42,764 bases of DNA from Octopus bimaculoides (lineage: Eukaryota), in assembly GCF_001194135.2 (NCBI RefSeq), contig NC_068984.1:81325370-81368133 (forward strand). Reading direction: 5' to 3'. Positions 35,198-42,764 of this stretch are shown piece after piece. Every line of letters starts with the position of its first letter. The stretch's first letter is position 1. The notes below the pieces were generated by a model. That model worked only from the letters and a program-made list of their open reading frames with translations. It ran no database searches and was not told the DNA's origin. The position numbers and the translations under genes are program-made.

Positions 35198-35250
<53 letters not shown>
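35198..35250. repeat. (CA)n(TA)n microsatellite
   Basis: Read directly; the mariner derivative is inserted at its TA end. Confidence 0.95.
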
Positions 35251-35884
35251 CGAGGGGAAGTCAAAAATTATCCGCACTTTCACCATAACATATCTTTATT
35301 ATTGTCACACTGCCTTCTGCGCATGCATGCTTAAAGCTGGTACTATTGTGGTCACACGATCAAAGTTTGAGCCTGATCATGCCATTTTTTCTTTCTGACT
35401 TTACAGTGTAAGCATGGCCACTCCACCAGCAATGTGCACCAAAGAAGAACAAAGAGCAGTGATCTGATTTCTCTGATCGGAAAGTGCGTCAGATACTGAA
35501 ATTCATTGAAGGCTTTTAGCACAATACAGGGGACAGTGTACTACTTCATAGAAATGTGTATGAGGGGATCAAGAAGTTTAAAAGTGTCCAGACAAGCATG
35601 ATGCATGAAGAAGGAGCACTGACAAAAAAGATTCAGCAAGCTTGAGAGATGGTAATGGTGAACCGCTTCACTATTACCATCTCACGGATCACTGTTCCTT
35701 GTTCTTCTTTGGTGCACATTGCTAGTGGAGTGGCCATGCTTACATTGTAAATCCAAAAGGAAAAATGGCGCAATCAGGCTCAAACTTTGATCATGTGACC
35801 ACGATAGTACCAACCATTGCAAAAGGCAGTGTGACAATAATAATGATATGTTATGGTGAAAGTACGGATAATTTGACTTCCCGT

Positions 35885-35886
<2 letters not shown>
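35251..35886 (+). mobile_element. mariner-derived fold-back element with two 5' ends (about 200-bp inverted repeats)
   Basis: 35251-35464 is repeated in inverse at 35687-35886. It starts TA|CGAGGGGAAGTCAAAAATTATCCG. The interior encodes a decayed mariner HTH: MATPPAMCTKEEQRAVI*FL*SES...EIH*RLLAQY.GDSVL..RNVYEGIKKFK (ATG at 35414). Confidence 0.92.
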
Positions 35887-35921
<35 letters not shown>

Positions 35922-36146
35922 NNNNNNNNNNNNNNNNNNNNNNNNNNNNNNNNNNNNNNNNNNNNNNNNNNNNNNNNNNNNNNNNNNNNNNNNNNNNNNN
36001 NNNNNNNNNNNNNNNNNNNNNNNNNNNNNNNNNNNNNNNNNNNNNNNNNNNNNNNNNNNNNNNNNNNNNNNNNNNNNNNNNNNNNNNNNNNNNNNNNNNN
36101 NNNNNNNNNNNNNNNNNNNNNNNNNNNNNNNNNNNNNNNNNNNNNN

Positions 36147-36182
<36 letters not shown>
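35887..36182. repeat. (TA)n microsatellite spanning an N-gap
   Basis: Read directly; source of the YIYI ORFs in the track. Confidence 0.95.
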
Positions 36183-36185
<3 letters not shown>

Positions 36186-37404
36186 ATTAGAACACATTAT
36201 CATTTTTTGTAGCATTAAAGTCAATGGGGAAAATTTATTTCATGTTACTGGATTTTGTATTATGGCAAGTTTTTCAAGGAATACATTACTTCTCTAACAC
36301 AAGAGATTCTTGTATATGTAAATTACTGTACATGCACCAATGCCTACATATAGAGAGTAATTCTTTTTATCTATGTATGAATGGTATACATTAACACCTT
36401 TCATGTTTTATCATCTTACCTCCATCTCTGATTTAAGTAACAGATAGAACAGATACACCAATTATGTGTGATGTCTTAATGATCTTTATTAAAGCATATA
36501 GTCAAATGAAATACATTTGATGGTATCAAGATTTTCTAAGTGGTGAAGAAACAACATTTTTAACTACCATTAATATCAATTTCAGAAAAGTAATTAGCAT
36601 ATGGCTTCCACAAACTAGATCCTTTACAATATTTTTATATTTCAAATACTAGTTTGCACTGAAGAACATTCCCTTTATCAGCTGTTGATTGGAGAACATT
36701 ACAAATTTGGCATTATCACTCCCTCCAGTGGTGCTGAGCAAATCTGATGTTACCAGAGAATTTTGGTTCTTTGGCTCACTGTAGCATGTTTTACAAGGCA
36801 TCTGTTAACCATGTAACCATGCAGCTATCACACACTCCAGCCATACAATAAATATGCTTTTACTTTTCTTTTTTTTTTGTTATTCTTCTAAGGATTTGTT
36901 CTTTGCTCTCAGCTTTGTTATTAGTCTGAGCATGCCTCTGCTATATCTACAATGAAGCAATCTATGCTTCCATTTGCAGTACCTGGTTCACTGCTCTGCC
37001 TACCTGCCTCTCTCAGTATGTATACTTGGTAAGGAGGATGGTGTTCATTTGATATCCCTGCAGAATGAAAAACAAAACCTATCAAAGAGCAGATGAACTC
37101 CAGTAGAATCAATGACCATTCAAGAGCTGGGAGTGAGACACCCCTAGTCCTTGTTTAGACAGCTCTCTAGGATAAGAAAAATTCTGATGTAACACCTGGA
37201 ACTTTGTTTGCATCTTTGTTTTTCCTTTGCATGTATCATTTAGAGAGTAGGACTGGTTGTATGCAAGACCTTTCCTCACTTTAAAAAGCTTCAGGAACTG
37301 TTCTGTTTGATTTCAAACATCCCCGATGTTAGTGTTTTATATATATCGCTAGCCTAGCCCCAAAAGAGCTAAGACAATAAAGAGCTCCATGATGGAATGA
37401 AAAT

Positions 37405-37640
37405 AGGTGCCAGCATGTGGCTTAGTGGTTAGGGTGTGGACTCATGATCGTAATATTGTGGTTTCAATTCCTGGACCAAGCAATGTGTTTGTTCATGAGG
37501 AAAAAAACTTCTGCTCCAATCCACTCAGCTGGCAAGAATGAGTAATCTTAAGATGGACTGGCGTCTTGTCCAGGTGGGGAATATATACACCATGAAACCG
37601 GTCCTTATGAGGGCATGACCCGAGAAGGTAACTAAGAATG
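37405..37640 (+). mobile_element. tRNA-headed SINE family D
   Basis: gcatgTGGCTTAGTGGttagggtgtggactcatgatcgtaa...GGTTTCAATTCCtggacc...gatggactggcgtcttgtccagg. Confidence 0.8.
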
Positions 37641-38489
37641 TATGAGCCAGCGTAGGCGGTAAGCTCCCAGAATACCTCCTGCAAAAGGCACCCATTGTTA
37701 CCACATTTATACAAAAAGAGTGTAGGTCTGTGACTGGACCAAAAAGTTACGTCCGTGCTGCTAGTATTTAAGAGAAGAGTCAAGCACTGGCATTACCCGA
37801 AATCAAGTTGCAGCTATCATATATACATATACATATATATACACATATGTAAAAAAGGTGAAGGACAAAGAATAAAACCGTATCTGTTACCTTTTACTTG
37901 TTTCAGTCTTTAGATTGCAGCCATGCTGATGCACCACCATGAAGTATCTTGTCTAATAAATCAACTCCCAAGTTTTTATTTTTAAGTTTGTTACTCACTT
38001 TGTCAGTGTCTTTTGCCAAAGCACTAAAATCAAAATTTCTTACTGTGCAATAATTCCAGATTCATAAATAAAATATTTAAAGTATAAAGTAGTGGGTGTG
38101 AGTATGGCTGTGGTTTATGATCCCACTGTATATCATGAGCAAGTGGCTTTTCCTATACACTTGGGTATTGAATGCCTTTTGGAAGCCAGTCAAACGTGTG
38201 TGTGTGTGCACGCATGCATGAAAGAGCAGGTGTGTGTGTATGTATGTTTCTTTCCACATCTTTTTCCCTTCATATTCTTTTCTTGTCTTGCAAGTTACTG
38301 CCAACTCCATTATTCTTAGTGGCACAAAAAAAACAAAAGAGGTTGGTGTTAGGAAGGGCATCCAGCTGCAGAAATCATGTCAAAGCTGGCACTGGAGCTT
38401 GCTAGAGCTAGTCAAACTGTCCAACTGATGGAAAATAGAAGTTAAATGATGATGATATACATATCTATCTATCTATCTATTTATCTATG

Positions 38490-39102
38490 GTTATTGGGAG
38501 GTGGCGGCAGATTTACCAGGGTGCCAGGGACTCTTTTCCATCCCAGTTACAGAAAAACCAGACATTTTAATGTAGTGTGAAAGAAAAAAAGTTGTGAATC
38601 TAGTCAAGTTAATGGTTCCTCATGAAGATAACTTGGATGTTGCTTGGGCTCAAAAGATTGACTGTTATGTAAACCTCCTCAAGGAATGTGAAGATGCAGG
38701 CTGGAAAGCGGAGCATTTTCCAATCGAAGTCGGATGTAGAGGATTTGTTGGACACAGTGTGAGGTGACAGTTGTTATCGTTAAGCCTAGCTCATCATAAA
38801 GTAAATACTACCATGACCAATAATCTAACCGACAGTGGAAAAGGCTAGCCACTGGATTTGCTTAAAAAGAAATGATGAGCGATGGCTAGAAGAGCATTGA
38901 ACTTTATTTGATAACCAGTTGATCTAGCAAGTGGGGCTTCATATCAGTGAGGGGGTGCCAGTGTGCATTGATGCTATTAAGAGGCAGGCCCTGAAATGTC
39001 TAGCATTCTCTCCTGATAACCTCATACACTTGCTAGCTCCTGGTATGCAGAGCTTTCAACTAGGTAGCGCTTGCATATGCAAGTTGTTTGCAAAACATCT
39101 AA
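38490..39102 (+). mobile_element. Non-LTR retrotransposon 3' end with a REL (PD-(D/E)xK) endonuclease, HERO-like; copy A
   Basis: Translation WEVAADLPG...KPDILM*CERKKVVNLVKLMVPHEDNLDVAWAQKIDCYVNLLKECEDAGWKAEHFPIEVGCRGFVGHSV...KASHWICLKRNDERWLEEH* matches the RPD...ELTVP.E...K..KY...GW...PIEVGCRGF...ASHWIW pattern. About 200 nt of 3' UTR end in aaacatctaa. Confidence 0.88.
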
Positions 39103-40719
39103 AAAAGTAAAAAACAAAAAAAGAATTAAAGTCAGGAAAGTTTTCTTATTATTCTTCACAGAACAATATTCGAAAACTTAATACAACCTTCTACATAAGT
39201 AAGTAAAAAAGCTTCTAAAGAAGACAAATGAAATCTTNNNNNNNNNNNNNNNNNNNNNNNNNNNNNNNNNNNNNNNNNNNNNNNNNNNNNNNNNNNNNNN
39301 NNNNNNNNNNNNNNNNNNNNNNNNNNNNNNNNNNNNNTCTGTTTTGCCATGATTTCTACAGCTGGATACCTTTCTTAATGCCAACCATTTTACAGTGTGT
39401 GCTGGGTGCTTTCTATGTGACACCAGCACCAGTGCTAACTACACAGCACTGACATAAGTCCTTTTTACGTAGCACCGGCACGTCTAATAATTGAACGCAC
39501 AATCTTACGATCATGAAGCCAAAACCTTTTAGACCACTAGGCTGCACATCTTCCCTTCTTTTTATTCATATACTCATAATTATTTTTGAGCAATTCAACT
39601 AAAATGTAAAAGCAGCATAAGAAAACACAAGTGTTTACTGCTTTTTTTTTTTTAATTTCATTAGCCTCGTTCTTTATTCAGGAAAAAAAAAAAGTATGAT
39701 GATATTAATGCAGAAGATATTAATCTTTTCGTGAAAATATTTCTTATGAAATACACAATTTATGCATTTCATTTAATTTCAAAACCAATCAATAATTCAG
39801 TAGAGATTTTATAAAATTGTTAACTTTTTCTTTACTGAGTTTAGAACACAACTTATGAAAACATTGTTGCATAAAATTATTACAGACAGTTTAGAATTAA
39901 ATATGGGCTCTTTAAAACAAGATGTTTTTGTTAAAAAGTACCTGAGACAGTCTCAGGCGATTTGATATCAAAAAGAGTTAAACATGATCAACTCAATAAT
40001 ATTTTATTACAAATTCAGGCTGATACTGAGTAACACTAGCATCTGTAGGTCAGTCAATAAGAGTCAGTAAAGCAGTATATAAAGAGAAGAAACTTGAGAC
40101 AACCCCACCGCTTCTGAAAAAAAAATATAAAAAGATGAAAAAAAATTAACAGTATGTAAAAGACTTGTAAAAAGTCAACAACCTAAATTAAAGCCCCTAG
40201 AGAATAAATATAAATATAAATATCTTGCTGCTGTGAATCAGTTTTCCTAGATGCTGTTGCACAAAATGTAAAAGCAATACACTTCTTTTCAGCATATATT
40301 TCATTATGAAGCATACTTAAACTCATAGTTGATGTAGTAAGTCTTGTTTGGGTTGCAAGATTGACAGGCTAAAATAAATGTAACTGAAGCCACAATACCC
40401 TCCCTGCTTAATAACAAATGTCTCTCTCACAAGCACATACATTTACTGATTAGCTAAGGGAAGAACCTCTATGCCAGTCACACAACATGCTAGAAATAGC
40501 AATAAATTCTTCCTGCAATCACTTGCAACTGTCCTCAAACTGGAAGGATAAATTGGATAATGTAGTTCCAGATATACTTTTGAGAGGGGATAGTTATAGT
40601 TGGAAAGTTTTTGAATGTCTTTTCTATTTGGGCTGACCTGAAGCAAAACATAAAATGACATAGTGTATTGAGTTAAAAGTATCTGAAGATATTATTAAAA
40701 AGGTACAAAGAAAATAGAT

Positions 40720-40827
40720 ACAAAGTATGGTCGAGTGATTAAGAAGCTCACTTCCCAACCATGTAGTCTTGGGTTCAGTTTCAAAACATGGCACCTTGAG
40801 CATCTTCTACTTATAGCTCTGGACATC
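40720..40827 (+). mobile_element. SINE family A head, interrupted by REL-LINE copy B
   Basis: ggtcgagtgattaagaagctcacttcccaaccatgtagtcttgggttcag...ggcaccttgagc matches the family A head. Confidence 0.7.
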
Positions 40828-41260
40828 GTAAACCTCCTCAAGGAATGTGAAGATGCAAGCTGGAAAGCGGAGCATTTTCCAATCGAAGTCGGATGTAGAG
40901 GATTTGTTGGACACAGTGTGAGGTGACAGTTGTTATCGTTAAGCCTAGCTCATCATAAAGTAAATACTACCATGACCAATAATCTAACCGACAGTGGAAA
41001 AGGCTAGCCACTGGATTTGCTTAAAAAGAAATGATGAGCGATGGCTAGAAGAGCATTGAACTTTATTCGATAACCAGTTGATCTAGCAAGTGGGGCGTCA
41101 TATCAGTGAGGGGGCGCCAGTGCGCATTGATGTTATTAAGAGGCAGGCCCTGAAATGTCTCGCATTCTCTCCTGTTAACCTCATACACTTGCTAGCTCCT
41201 GGTATGCAGAGCTTTCAACTGGTAGCGCTTGCATATGCAAGTTGTTTGCAAAACATCTAA
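40828..41260 (+). mobile_element. REL/HERO-like LINE 3' end, shorter copy B
   Basis: Matches 38669-39102 with 8 substitutions and one 1-bp indel; same 3' terminus aaacatctaa. Confidence 0.9.
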
Positions 41261-42103
41261 CCAGACGGAGTACTTTTTTTGTTGAATTTTCTATTATGGA
41301 TCAGTACATTTTATATATATATATATATATAAAATCAAGGCTCTCAGAACGAAGTGCAATGTTATTTAAGTGCAAAACAACCAAAGATTACACTGATTTC
41401 ACACCTAATGATCACTGAAAATGCAAAATAAATTACATAATGGTATGGGTATTATAGAGAGATGTGTGCTTACTGTTGCGTACTTTAGAAACTTTAAAAT
41501 ACAATTGTATTGGCATTTGTAAACTTAATTTGTCTGGTGCAAAAAGTTGGCAGATACTGAGGCTGCCAAAATATGGTTACATATTTAATGACTTGGTTTT
41601 AAAATATGATTTTGTTTTTCAAGACTGAGTTTTCATACACCAGATTTCTTTTGATAATCCACTCAGTACAGAGATCCTAAGGGCACTGGACTAATGGAAC
41701 TTTACTATACATACACACACACACACACACAGTACATATACAAGTATAGCCTTGTGTTGAAGAAAAAATATCTTATGGGATTTTGTTTCATCCTTGTTGC
41801 ATCTCATTATGCCTTGGTTGACTTCACCACTTCCTTATTAAGAAGTCAATAAAATAACTATGAGACTATGTATTGAGGCCTTATATAATCAACAAAATCT
41901 TGAGGATAATGTTCAGCATGATCGTAGTATGATTACTGAAACCAGTGAAAAAAAAAAAAAATTTGGTTTTACATTATTTGAAAACATCTACTGTCCATAT
42001 TTTCCTTAAAACTATCTGGGCCCTACTATGTTCTAAATTGTTTAGATTTACTTTAAATAATACCCTAACATAACAGTTAATAATACAAAAAAAAAAGCAG
42101 TAC

Positions 42104-42436
42104 AGGCACGGCTGTGTGGTAAGAAGCTCGCTTCCCAACCACATAGTTCTAGGTTCAGTTTGACCGTGTGGCACCTTCAGCAAATGTCTTCTACTATAAC
42201 CTCAAGCTGACCAAAGCCTTGTGAGTGAGATTAGAAAACGGAAGCTGAAAGAAGTCTGTTGTATACATGTGTATCTGTGTGTCTGTCCCAGCAACTTAGC
42301 AGTTCAGCAAAAGAGACTGATGGAATAAGTACACGACTAAGACATAAAACTTAGAGTCAATTTGTTTGACTAAAACCCTTCAAGGTGGTGTCCCAGCATG
42401 GCTGGCCACAGTCAAATGACTGAAACAAGTAAAAAA
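42104..42436 (+). mobile_element. tRNA-headed SINE family A
   Basis: aggcacggctgtgtggtaagaagctcgcttcccaaccac...ccaaagccttgtgagtg...gtcaaatgactgaaacaagtaaaa. Confidence 0.85.
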
Positions 42437-42764
42437 ACAAAAAAAGAATTAAAGTCAGGAAAGTTTTCTTATTATTCCTCACAGAACAATATTAGAAAAC
42501 TTAATACAAACTTCTACATAAGTAAGTAAAAAAGCTTCTAAAGAAGACAAATGAAATCTTTGAAAGAGAACAAAAGAACCTTATTCAGTATTTGTTAAGG
42601 TTATCTCTACAGATATTCTATCGAAATTATAGCCAGCACTGATTTTTGGTATGACATTTCGTATCCGACACGTCAGATGTAAAGGCATTAGGGTTATTCA
42701 ATATCACATGGTATTGATATTCAAGAGTGCTGAATAGATTTATTTTTCTGATTATTTAGCATTT

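Noticed and set aside
37640-37800. CpG-containing unassigned segment after SINE-D
   Set aside because: I could not assign a recognisable motif, terminus or credible reading frame; probably a fragment of an unidentified repeat.

Overview
AT-rich eukaryotic non-coding DNA, probably intronic or intergenic, dense in microsatellites and interspersed repeats, with seven N-gaps. The repeat families (tRNA-headed SINEs ending in AAATGACTGAAACAAGTAAAAGA, GAT-tailed RTE partners, TTAA-flanked MITEs) look like those of octopod cephalopods. That taxon call comes from my recognition of the repeats, not from a search. I found no intact protein-coding gene, rRNA, true tRNA gene, CRISPR array or prokaryotic system, and most track ORFs are noise or run through Ns. 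Well-supported content: a decayed piggyBac with perfect 14-bp TIRs and a TCAA target duplication, plus its MITE family; an internally deleted mariner; a fold-back mariner derivative; hAT MITEs with 8-bp TSDs; RTE LINE 3' ends; two copies of a REL-endonuclease (HERO-like) LINE 3' end; and many SINEs. The most interesting signals are (1) a short TSD-flanked retroposon carrying a complete minimal type-I hammerhead ribozyme (2080-2125, minus strand), (2) a 131-bp-arm near-perfect hairpin (26040-26314), and (3) a mariner derivative whose sequence appears to record two template switches (35251-35886). A host gene with small exons, possibly on the minus strand, is suggested by splice motifs but cannot be established from the sequence alone.
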